A DNA stretch of 48,588 nt from Burkholderiales bacterium (GCA_036271855.1 DATAZV010000384.1:1-48588), one strand, 5' to 3'; shown: positions 9,055 through 16,336, numbered from the stretch's first letter. Numbers and translations: made by a program. Notes: generated by a model not told the origin, from the letters alone.

Positions 9055-9407
9055 ATTACCCGGCGCTTTACTTCATCGCTACGCGCGAGCCGGTCGCTGG
9101 TCCGGCGGGGACATACAAATTCCTTGCCGTGGTCAAGGTCCAGGATGGCGTGGCCGCCTATATCGCGGCACCGACCCGCGAGATCGCGCTGACCGTGCTC
9201 GAGGCGATGAAACCGCCGCACTACTACGAGTTTGTCGAAAGCGCCGCACTGGGCAGCGAGCATTACGTGCGGGAATGCCCCTTTCAGGTTCTGTTGATCA
9301 GCGATGCGCAAATGGCGCGCACCTGGCTCGCCGACCGCGTGAATTTTCCCTACGCTGATCATCTGGGCAGCGTGGAAAGCTTGAATCCGCTGCGGCTCGC
9401 CCGCTGA
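9051..9407 (+). CDS. Hypothetical protein (~118 aa), translationally coupled to the dioxygenase
   Basis: The GTG at 9051 overlaps the dioxygenase stop as GTGA. The frame is open, with moderate G/C third-position bias and ordinary amino-acid composition. I recognise no family. Confidence 0.5.
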   Translation: MNYPALYFIATREPVAGPAGTYKFLAVVKVQDGVAAYIAAPTREIALTVLEAMKPPHYYEFVESAALGSEHYVRECPFQVLLISDAQMARTWLADRVNFPYADHLGSVESLNPLRLAR

Positions 9408-9532
9408 TCCGACTTGCTCTCCCGCTTGTGTGCAAGTGGGGATGCAGGCGGCGCGCCCGGTTTTACCTCCGCGCCCATCGCGCTGGCATCTTTCGTGCTG
9501 CATTGGCTTGGTCCCAAGCGGAGAAGCCAATA

Positions 9533-10489
9533 ATGAAAACATTCGTGCGCGCGTGCGAAGTCTGGGTACCCTCAAAATCCAGAACCCAGCTTGAATACTA
9601 CGGGGGACTCTACCCGGAGGCGGGCAACATCGCGCTGCGCCAGTTTCGCGCGGCCAGCGAGCGCATGGTCTTCGGTTACGACGAGGGCCTGCCGGGGCAT
9701 GCGTGGGCGGTGCGCGGGCCGGTGGTGCTGAAGGACTTGCAGCATTCCTACTTCAAGCGCTCGCGCCAGGCCAAGGCGGCGGGGCTGACCTGCGGCATCG
9801 CGCTGCCGATTTTCGCCGGCGACTATCTGCTGGCGGTGATCGTGATCTATTGCGGCGACGACCAGGAACATTTCGGCGCCATCGAGGTGTGGCATGCGGC
9901 GCCGGGCGCCGACCTGGTGCTGGCCGACGGCTACTACGGCACCGCGCTGGAGTTCGAGGCGGCCTCGCGCGAGCGCAGTTTCAAGCCCGGCGTCGGCCTG
10001 CCGGGGACAGTGTGGCAAAGCGGCATGCCGGAGGTGATGAGCGAGCTGTGGTTTGAAAAGCGCTTCGTGCGCCGCCATGACGGCGCGCCCCTGGGCCTGT
10101 CGCGCGGCCTGGCGCTGCCGATGTTTCTCGACGATGGCCACAGCTTTGTGATGACCTTTCTTTCGGCGCTGGGCTCGCCGCTGGCGCGGCGCTTCGAAAT
10201 CTGGACCTTCGATGAGACACCTGGAGCGCACGAGGCGCTGGTGTTTGCCGGCGGCGACTGCGACCTCAACAAGGCCTTTCCGCAGGACTATGTGAGCGCG
10301 CGCATCGCCCACGGCGAAGGGCCGCTGGGCCGCGTGTGGGCCAGCGGCCTGCCGGAAGCGAATGCGGACATCGCCCACGACGCTTCGGTCAACGGCCGCT
10401 CGGCGCGCAAGGCCGGGCTCACCAGCCTGCTGGCGCTGCCGGTGCTGGCGGCGGGAAGATTGAAGGCGGTGGTGGGGCTGTATTTCTGA
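9533..10489 (+). CDS. Stand-alone protein with three GAF-like modules (318 aa)
   Basis: ATG at 9533 preceded by GGAGAA. Three roughly 100-aa repeats each carry E[VI]W ... G[LP]PG..W..G.P ... A...GL....ALP (for example GLPGHAWAVRGP / GLPGTVWQSGMP / GPLGRVWASGLP). No output domain is present. Confidence 0.7.
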   Translation: MKTFVRACEVWVPSKSRTQLEYYGGLYPEAGNIALRQFRAASERMVFGYDEGLPGHAWAVRGPVVLKDLQHSYFKRSRQAKAAGLTCGIALPIFAGDYLLAVIVIYCGDDQEHFGAIEVWHAAPGADLVLADGYYGTALEFEAASRERSFKPGVGLPGTVWQSGMPEVMSELWFEKRFVRRHDGAPLGLSRGLALPMFLDDGHSFVMTFLSALGSPLARRFEIWTFDETPGAHEALVFAGGDCDLNKAFPQDYVSARIAHGEGPLGRVWASGLPEANADIAHDASVNGRSARKAGLTSLLALPVLAAGRLKAVVGLYF

Positions 10490-10640
10490 AACGCGGCGCT
10501 CCTGCCGCGAGGCCTGCCCTGGTCACGCGGCCGCGGCGGGCGGGCAACATTAGCCGACGCTCATCCTCTCGCACCCCCTCGCCATTTTCATGACGATGGG
10601 ATAGACTGATCCTCCAAAACGATGCTTCGCAGGAGTTCCC

Positions 10641-10928
10641 ATGCAAGCCTTGCTGATCGGCGGCCCTTGTCATGGACAAGTGGTCGCGCTTGACGACACG
10701 CTCGCCACCCGCAGCTCCTTCAAGGCGAAGGACGGCGCGGCCGAATACGAATACGTGCGCCGCAGCGAACGCAGCGGCCACACCGTGGTGCTGTACGCCG
10801 TCGGCGACCCCAGCTACACGCAGGTGGTGGATGCGATCCGCAAGTCGGACCTGCTTTCCTCCACCGGCAAGATGCGCGTGCTCGGGCCGGACTACACGCT
10901 GCCGGCGAATGACAGGGAGCCGGGGTAG
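10641..10928 (+). CDS. Hypothetical protein (95 aa)
   Basis: ATG preceded by AGGAG at good spacing, with strong G/C third-position bias and non-repetitive composition. No family recognised. Confidence 0.6.
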   Translation: MQALLIGGPCHGQVVALDDTLATRSSFKAKDGAAEYEYVRRSERSGHTVVLYAVGDPSYTQVVDAIRKSDLLSSTGKMRVLGPDYTLPANDREPG

Positions 10929-10939
10929 CGCCAAGCGCG

Positions 10940-11371
10940 ATGCCTTTGGACACCACGCAGGACAAACCGGCCAGGCACGAAGCGGCCCGGCACGAACCGG
11001 CCAAAAGCGGACCGGCCAACAGCGAACTGGTGAGCGGCCGCGTGGTGGACCACGCGGTGCGCTATGCCGCGAGCAGCTTTGTATCGCAAATGTCGCTGGT
11101 TACGGCCTTCGTGCCCGGCCTGATCGCATGCGTGGTGGTACCGGCCTTTCCGCTGCGCTACGCTGCCCACCCCGCGCTCGCCGCGCTGATCGTCCAATGC
11201 CAGCCGCTGTTTGTCGTGGCGTCGGTGGCCTTGGTGGCAACCTGGTGGCTGCTGAAACGGCAGGAGCGCGATGCGGGCCTGTCGGTGTGGGGCCAGCTGA
11301 CGGCGTTGTGGGCGGTGGAGGTGGTGTTGGTGCTGCTGCAGATTTGGGGCGTATACCCGGGCGCGGGCTAA
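10940..11371 (+). CDS. Hypothetical membrane protein (143 aa)
   Basis: Sits 11 nt after the previous ORF. A polar N-terminus with duplicated ARHE(A/P)A is followed by three hydrophobic segments. Third-position G/C bias is high and the Shine-Dalgarno is weak. Confidence 0.55.
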   Translation: MPLDTTQDKPARHEAARHEPAKSGPANSELVSGRVVDHAVRYAASSFVSQMSLVTAFVPGLIACVVVPAFPLRYAAHPALAALIVQCQPLFVVASVALVATWWLLKRQERDAGLSVWGQLTALWAVEVVLVLLQIWGVYPGAG

Positions 11372-12054
11372 GGAGCGGCGGCCGACTCGCCATTGGCCTG
11401 GCGGCAATGCGGCGGCAGGCGCTTTTCCGGCGTGCCGGTACACACCCAGTCCAGGCGGCGCGCGCCTGCGGCCGCGCCCGGCTCGGTTGCCGCTGCGCTG
11501 ACCACCCGCGGGGTGAGGACGACGTTCACCTGCAGCGCTTCGCTTTGCAGCGTGATGACGCCGTCGTTGCCGACGCCGGCGCGCGTCAGGCGGGGATTGG
11601 GCGCGATCGCCATGCCCTCGCCGATGCGGGCCAGCGGCGTGCCCGAATAAAAGCGCGTGCGCATTTTTTCCTGCGCTGGCAGCGCACTCTCGATGACGGC
11701 GGTGGTCGCCACCCAGGCGGCCGGCGCGGCAGGCATCACGATGTAGATGCCCGCCGCCGCCAGCACGGCGCCGGCGAACAGGCGCAGCGCCGCCGCAGCC
11801 ATGCGCCGCGCTTTTCTCGTGCTGGTGTTGCCGCCGCCTGCGCCGGCGCGCGCATCCATCGTCGCCTTGACCCAGCACCAGCCAAGCGCGATCAGCAGAA
11901 ACAAATAGGGGATCGCGGGCTGGCCGAACAAGTCCTCGTCCGTCACCCAGGCCAGCAGGCAAAGCGCCAGCATCAGGCCGAGCAGCAGCCCGCTCAGGGC
12001 GACGCCGATGCGCGCCAGGCGCTGCGTGGACGGGGAGGGAATGGTTTCGCTCAT
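11368..12054 (-). CDS. Membrane protein with a pilin-like C-terminal domain, no prepilin leader (228 aa)
   Basis: Three N-terminal hydrophobic segments. The C-terminal tail ...RRLDWVCTGTPEKRLPPHCRQ resembles the W-x-C...K-x-LP-x-x-C-R disulfide loop of type IVa pilins. Third-position G/C bias is high and no clear SD is present. Confidence 0.55.
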   Translation of the reverse strand: MSETIPSPSTQRLARIGVALSGLLLGLMLALCLLAWVTDEDLFGQPAIPYLFLLIALGWCWVKATMDARAGAGGGNTSTRKARRMAAAALRLFAGAVLAAAGIYIVMPAAPAAWVATTAVIESALPAQEKMRTRFYSGTPLARIGEGMAIAPNPRLTRAGVGNDGVITLQSEALQVNVVLTPRVVSAAATEPGAAAGARRLDWVCTGTPEKRLPPHCRQANGESAAAP

Positions 12055-12097
12055 GGCGTGTGCTCGGGGCGTTGGCTTCGGGCCGGGTGCCTATAGC

Positions 12098-12883
12098 CTA
12101 CAGCAAGCCCTTCGCCATGCCGCCATCCACATTGATCGCCTGCCCCACCAGGTAGGAAGCCTGGCGCGACATCATGAAGCAGGCCACGGCGGCGATTTCG
12201 CCGGGCTGGGCGAAGCGCTTGAGCGGAATGTCGGCGGCGAAGCGCTGCACCACCTGCTCTTCCGTCAGCCCTTCCCTGGCGTTGAAATCCGCCGCGCGGT
12301 CTTTCCACAACTTGGTCCAGGTGCGCCCGGGGCAGATGGCGTTGACACGCACGCCTTCGGGCGCGAGTTCATCCGCCAATGTTTTCGCCAGCGCCAAAAT
12401 GCCGGCCTTGTGCACGTTCGACACCACCTGCTGGGGGTGCAGCATTTTCGCGCCGGCGCCGCCGAAAAACAGCACGCGCGCATCGCGGCCTTTTTTCAGC
12501 GCCGGCAGCAGGCCGCGCAGCAGGCGCACCGGCCCCAGCACGTTGAAGGTGTAGTTCTCCATCCACTTCGCGTCGGTGAGTTCGCCGAAGGGCGCGCGGT
12601 AGCTGCCGCCGGTGGCCAGCACCAGGCCGTCGAGGGGCTGGTTGTCCCAGTCGACGATCAGCGCTTCGGTGGCGGCCTCGCTCAATACGTCGATGATGCG
12701 GGTTTCCACCGCGTGGCCGGTGGCGGCGCTGATGCGCTTGGCGGCCGCCTCGATGGCCGCGGCGTTGCGCGAGGCGATGGTGACGCGCGCGCCTTCGTGC
12801 GAAAGCGCCAGCGCGGTTTCATAGCCTATGCCTTCGCTGGCGCCGATCACCAGGATGCGGTCGCCTTCGATGCCGAGATTCAT
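12098..12883 (-). CDS. Short-chain dehydrogenase/reductase (SDR) family oxidoreductase
   Basis: N-terminal VIGASEGIGYETA (TGxxxGxG-type Rossmann motif), a central NVHKAGILALAKTLADEL region where K replaces the usual catalytic Y, and the C-terminal GQAINVDGG. Confidence 0.85.
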   Translation of the reverse strand: MNLGIEGDRILVIGASEGIGYETALALSHEGARVTIASRNAAAIEAAAKRISAATGHAVETRIIDVLSEAATEALIVDWDNQPLDGLVLATGGSYRAPFGELTDAKWMENYTFNVLGPVRLLRGLLPALKKGRDARVLFFGGAGAKMLHPQQVVSNVHKAGILALAKTLADELAPEGVRVNAICPGRTWTKLWKDRAADFNAREGLTEEQVVQRFAADIPLKRFAQPGEIAAVACFMMSRQASYLVGQAINVDGGMAKGLL

Positions 12884-12967
12884 GGGGTGCCCTTCGTGCG
12901 CTGTGCGAAAGGGCGAATTCTAGTCCGGCGGCGCGCCGGCGATGCCTGATCGGCCGGATGCGCCTGC

Positions 12968-13186
12968 TTAAGGGCTGCCGTCCCCGCCTTGGTCCGACAC
13001 TACCAGCCCGGTGACGCTGTAGGCCCCTTCGCCGGTGCCGGCCGGATTGCGCACCACCTGGTGCAGTGCGTGGCAATGGATGCAGGCGCTGGAAAGGGCG
13101 AGCTTATGCGGGTCGACGATCACGCTCAAGGTGGAGGTGAGGCCGCAGTCCGGGTTCAGGCACTTGAACAACTGGAGCAGGGCCAT
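12968..13186 (-). CDS. Small four-cysteine protein (72 aa), possible zinc-ribbon-like fold
   Basis: ATG at 13186 with GGAGAC 9 nt upstream. Very high G/C third-position bias. CLNPDC...(20 aa)...CIHC gives a CX4C/CX2C arrangement. It is the first clearly coding ORF downstream of the sigma-54 promoter at 13502-13517. Confidence 0.65.
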   Translation of the reverse strand: MALLQLFKCLNPDCGLTSTLSVIVDPHKLALSSACIHCHALHQVVRNPAGTGEGAYSVTGLVVSDQGGDGSP

Positions 13187-13443
13187 TACGCGAGGTCTCC
13201 GCTCAGGCCGCCCAGGCCGCCCAGACCGCGCAGACCGCGCAGACCGCGCAGACCGCGCAGACCGCGCAGACCGCGCAGACCGCGCAGACCGCGCAGACCG
13301 CGCAGACCGCTAAGACCGCTAAGACCGCTAAGACCCGCAGCGCCCCGGCGCGCGCGCATGGGCGCGCCGCGTGCGGCAGCAGCGCCATTTGCCTGGTCGG
13401 GGGGGCTTGGGGGAAGCCCGCGATCACCGCCGTTCATGCCCAC
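13186..13443 (-). CDS. Candidate repeat peptide, (Gly-Leu-X)15 frame; an alternative (Cys-Ala-Val)9 frame is at 13203..13388
   Basis: A GTG at 13443 lies 7 nt after AAGGA, and the stop overlaps the next ATG as TAATG. Unit variants are synonymous for Gly and Leu in this frame. The alternative frame (MALLPHAARPCARAGALRVLAVLAVLAVCAVCAV...WAAWAA) has better G/C third-position bias. The track ORF start at 13518 lies inside the promoter and is unlikely. Confidence 0.35.
   Translation of the reverse strand: MGMNGGDRGLPPSPPDQANGAAAARGAPMRARRGAAGLSGLSGLSGLRGLRGLRGLRGLRGLRGLRGLRGLRGLGGLGGLSGDLA
13201..13335. repeat. 15-copy 9-bp tandem repeat (core gcgcagacc x9, flanked by 3+3 variant units)
   Basis: Counted directly: gctcaggcc, gcccaggcc, gcccagacc, then nine perfect gcgcagacc, then three gctaagacc. 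The unit length is a multiple of 3, so copy-number change keeps any frame. Confidence 0.95.
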
Positions 13444-13501
13444 AACAACATCCTTGCTCAATTGCCCCCCGGGATTGCAATACCGCTTGTGGCAGCAGTC
13501 T

Positions 13502-13517
13502 TGCAGGAGGCATGCCA
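13502..13517 (-). promoter_or_regulatory. Sigma-54 (-24/-12) promoter
   Basis: The minus strand reads TGGCATGCCTCCTGCA. The GG and GC doublets are spaced exactly as in the consensus TGGCACG-N4-TTGCW. Predicted transcription start is near 13491, reading toward lower coordinates. Confidence 0.75.
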
Positions 13518-13534
13518 AAAATAGAAGGGTTAAA

Positions 13535-13547
13535 AATCAATAGTTTG
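13535..13547. promoter_or_regulatory. IHF-binding site candidate
   Basis: AATCAATAGTTTG matches WATCAA-N4-TTR exactly. It is embedded in an A/T-rich patch midway (about -50) between the UAS palindrome and the -24/-12 element. Confidence 0.55.
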
Positions 13548-13568
13548 TCTCCGTGAACTGGCTCGAAT

Positions 13569-13607
13569 TGTCCTTTTTGCGGACACCCCCTGTCCGCAAA
13601 AGAGACA
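13569..13607. promoter_or_regulatory. Upstream activator sequence candidate: 39-bp palindrome with two TGTC-N9-GACA units
   Basis: tgtcctttttgcggaca-ccccc-tgtccgcaaaagagaca. The inner 11-bp arms are perfect. It is centred about 97 bp upstream of the predicted start and begins 8 nt after the stop codon of the adjacent NtrC-family activator gene. Confidence 0.6.
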
Positions 13608-13614
13608 ACGCCCT

Positions 13615-14937
13615 TTAGTGCTCGATGCCGTATTGCTTGAGCTTGACGTAGAGCAACTGGCGGCGGATGCCGAGCAGGCGCGCGGCTTTGGCGCGATTGC
13701 CGCCCGCTTGTTGCAGGGCCTGGTTGATCATCAGCTTTTCCAGCCGGGTGACGGCGGTGTGCAGGTCGCTGTCGAGCAGGCCGCGCAATTCGTCGGAGCG
13801 CGAAGAGGTGAGCTGGATTTCGCCGGCGTCGATCACCGCGCCGCGCACCAGCACCGAGAGGCGCTCCATCAGGTTTTTCAGCTCGCGCACATTGCCCGGC
13901 CAGTCGTGGCCGGCGAGCACGTGCGCGGCGCCCGGGGTGAGCACCTTGGGAGCCTCGCTGGCGCGGCCGAGAAAGTGGCGCGCCAGCGGGATCAGGTCCG
14001 GCAGGCGCTCGCGCAGCGGCGGCACGTGGATCGGCACCACGTTCAGGCGGTAGTACAGGTCTTCGCGAAAGCGCCCGGCGCGCACCGCTTCGACCAGGTC
14101 GCGGTTGGTGGCGGCGATCACCCGCACGTCCACCGCCACCGGGGCGCTGGCGCCCACCGGCAGCACTTCGCGCTCCTGCAGCACGCGCAAAATCTTCGCC
14201 TGCATCGGCATGCCCATGTCGCCGATTTCATCCAGGAACAGGCTGCCGCCGTGGGCGGCGCGAAAGCAGCCGGCGGTGTCGGAAACCGCGCCGGTATAAG
14301 CGCCCTTGACGTGGCCGAACAGTTCGCTCTCCAGCAGGTCGGCGGGAATAGCCGCGCAATTGACGGCGACGCAGGCGCGGCTGGCGCGCAGGCTTTTTTC
14401 GTGCAGCACGCGCGCCACCAGTTCCTTGCCGGTGCCGGTCTCCCCGGTGATGAGTACGGTGGCATCGCTGACGGCGGCCATGCCGATGCGCTTTTGCACT
14501 TCGCGCATCGACGGGCTCTCGCCGATCAGCGCGTCGGTGAGCCCCGGCGCGGGCGCGGCCGGCGCCACCCCCTTGGAGCGCAGGGCGCGGTCCACCACCG
14601 TGAGCACGTCGTTGCGCCCGACCGGCTTGGAGAGATGGTCGAAGGCGCCCAGGCGCATTGCGTCGATGGTGTTTTCGCTCGACGAATAGGCCGTCATGAT
14701 GACCACCGGCAATTGCGCGAAGCGGGTCTGCGCCTTGATGCCGCGCAGCGCGTCCAGCCCGCCCATGCCGGGCATGCGCAGGTCGAGGAACACCAGGTCC
14801 TGCTCGGAAGATTGCAGGGCGCGCAGCGCGGCCTCGGCGTTGTGCGCCTCGGCGGCGAGGTGGCCGGCGCCGGCCAGCGTTTCGCGCAGGCCCTCGCGAA
14901 AGGCGGCGTCGTCGTCGGCAATCAGGATACGTGCCAC
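13615..14937 (-). CDS. NtrC-family sigma-54-dependent response regulator (REC + AAA+ + Fis-type HTH)
   Basis: A GTG at 14937 gives VARILIADDD...FLDLRMPGMGG (receiver). Then GETGTGKELVAR (Walker A), GHVKGAYTGA (GAFTGA-type sigma-54 contact loop), LFLDEIG (Walker B) and the C-terminal NRAKAARLLGIRRQLLYVKLKQYGI HTH. The track start at 15252 is an over-extension into the kinase gene. Confidence 0.9.
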   Translation of the reverse strand: MARILIADDDAAFREGLRETLAGAGHLAAEAHNAEAALRALQSSEQDLVFLDLRMPGMGGLDALRGIKAQTRFAQLPVVIMTAYSSSENTIDAMRLGAFDHLSKPVGRNDVLTVVDRALRSKGVAPAAPAPGLTDALIGESPSMREVQKRIGMAAVSDATVLITGETGTGKELVARVLHEKSLRASRACVAVNCAAIPADLLESELFGHVKGAYTGAVSDTAGCFRAAHGGSLFLDEIGDMGMPMQAKILRVLQEREVLPVGASAPVAVDVRVIAATNRDLVEAVRAGRFREDLYYRLNVVPIHVPPLRERLPDLIPLARHFLGRASEAPKVLTPGAAHVLAGHDWPGNVRELKNLMERLSVLVRGAVIDAGEIQLTSSRSDELRGLLDSDLHTAVTRLEKLMINQALQQAGGNRAKAARLLGIRRQLLYVKLKQYGIEH

Positions 14938-15959
14938 GGAATCTCCAGCTCGAAACGCGCACCGATGGCCACCGGCACGTTGTGCAGGGTGCCGCCGTGC
15001 GCCACGGCGACGGCGCGCGCCAGGGTCAGCCCGAGGCCGACGCCGTCTTTGCGCCCGGTGATGAAGGGCTCGAAAATCTGCTCGCGCACCGAGGGGTCGA
15101 TGCCCGCGCCTTCGTCCTGCACGTGGATGCGCAGGCTGCCGGCGTCGGCGGCCACGCCCAGCTCGATGCGCCCGGCGCGCGGGCTGTGGGCGATGGCGTT
15201 GAGCAGCAGGTTTTCCACCGCGCGGGCCAGGTGGTCGGGGTCGAAGGTCCACGACTCCGGCACGCCCTGGGGAATGAATTCGAGCATCACGCCGGCGGCG
15301 TCGGCCGGCGGCTGCACGCTGGCCAGGCGCTCGCGCATCCAGGCGTCCAGCGGCACGCGGCCGGGGGAGAGTTTCAGCGCCTGCGTCAGGCTCAGCAGGC
15401 CGGTGAGCAGGCGCTCAAGGCGCGCCACCTGGTTCAAGGTGAAGTCCATCGCCGCGCGCTCGGCGCCGGGCGGGGCGTGCAGCGCGTTTTCGACTTTCAG
15501 GCGCACCGCCGCCAGCGGGTTGCGGATCTCGTGCGCCAGTCCGGAGGCCAGGCGCCCGAGGGTGGCCATGCGCTCGGACTGCGCCAGCTTTTGCGACAGT
15601 TCCTCGTTGGCCGCGTGCTCGCTGCGCACGCGCCCGTTGAAGTCGTTCAGCGCGGCGACGATGCGGTCCAGCTCGGCGTCGCCGGAAAGCTCGAAGTCGC
15701 GCAACTGCACCAGGGTGTGGGCCGAGAGGGTGCGCTCGATGCCGCCCAAGGCCCCGCGCCAGGTGGCGAACAGGCGCGCCAGCCACAGGCTCATCAGCAG
15801 CGTCAGCGCCAGCAGAAGCATCAACGCGGCCATCATCAGCGTGTAGGCGGTGCCGCCGCTTTCGCGGGACAGGCCGAACATCAGGGCGCAAATCAGCAGG
15901 CAGGGCAAAGCCGCCCCGGCCCAGAGAATTGCGTTGCGTGTCCACAGTGCCTGCTTCAT
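14922..15959 (-). CDS. Sensor histidine kinase, intramembrane-sensing type (2 TM with ~9-aa loop, HisKA, HATPase_c)
   Basis: MKQALWTRN... has two TM helices separated only by SRESGGTAY. H-box LAHEIRNPL, N-box LLLNAIAHS, G-boxes DEGAGI and GVGLGL. The 3' end overlaps the regulator start by 16 nt. The start is uncertain (15959 chosen; no SD). Confidence 0.85.
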   Translation of the reverse strand: MKQALWTRNAILWAGAALPCLLICALMFGLSRESGGTAYTLMMAALMLLLALTLLMSLWLARLFATWRGALGGIERTLSAHTLVQLRDFELSGDAELDRIVAALNDFNGRVRSEHAANEELSQKLAQSERMATLGRLASGLAHEIRNPLAAVRLKVENALHAPPGAERAAMDFTLNQVARLERLLTGLLSLTQALKLSPGRVPLDAWMRERLASVQPPADAAGVMLEFIPQGVPESWTFDPDHLARAVENLLLNAIAHSPRAGRIELGVAADAGSLRIHVQDEGAGIDPSVREQIFEPFITGRKDGVGLGLTLARAVAVAHGGTLHNVPVAIGARFELEIPWHVS

Positions 15960-16282
15960 CCAGGGTAAGGGTCCGGCTGGCGCGATTGAGAGTTGTTGAT
16001 ATTGTTGATGTGCAAAGAAGCGCCTCGCGCACGGCACCCCTTTGAGCTCCTGCGAACCACAGCGGAAGCCTGCCCACTACCAGCGACGCCTTTGCCCCGG
16101 CGCCAATTGGAGGAATTTATTACCTCGCCCCGCCGCCGTATGTCAGGCGCATGCCTACACGGCGGCGACGCTTGCTTGGCGACGCAAAATTGTAAAGGCG
16201 GGGCCGGGAGGGTTCAAAGCGCCGGGCCGCAATCGGCGCCGGTGCGCGGCCGGATGTGGCGAAAAACATGCATAAGTGTTCG

Positions 16283-16336
16283 TTTTTATGGCGCTTTTGG
16301 GTCATTTTTGGCGATTTCCGGGCATTTATCCGTTTT
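16283..16336. other. Six helically phased T-tracts (candidate intrinsically curved DNA)
   Basis: T3-T5 runs start at 16283, 16295, 16305, 16315, 16325 and 16333 (spacing 12, 10, 10, 10, 8). They are bracketed by the inverted repeat tggcgaaaaac / gttttcgcca, in the 510-bp divergent intergenic region. Confidence 0.5.

Noticed and set aside
10672-12096. 474-aa plus ORF and 356-aa minus ORF (10892..11962)
   Set aside because: Wrong-frame or antisense reads across three smaller genes that have proper third-position bias. Their translations are Arg/Gly/Ala low complexity.
13201-13335. Possible CRISPR array
   Set aside because: The units are 9 bp and directly abutting with no spacers, so this is a simple tandem repeat.
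13569-13607. Reading the palindrome as a rho-independent terminator of the activator gene
   Set aside because: On the transcribed (minus) strand the hairpin is followed by AAAAAGG rather than a U-run. Its position and TGTC/GACA half-sites fit an enhancer site better. A dual role cannot be excluded.
13618-15846. 742-aa plus-strand ORF opposite the kinase and activator genes
   Set aside because: Antisense shadow. The minus-strand frames carry complete Walker, GAFTGA, H-box, N-box and G-box motifs.
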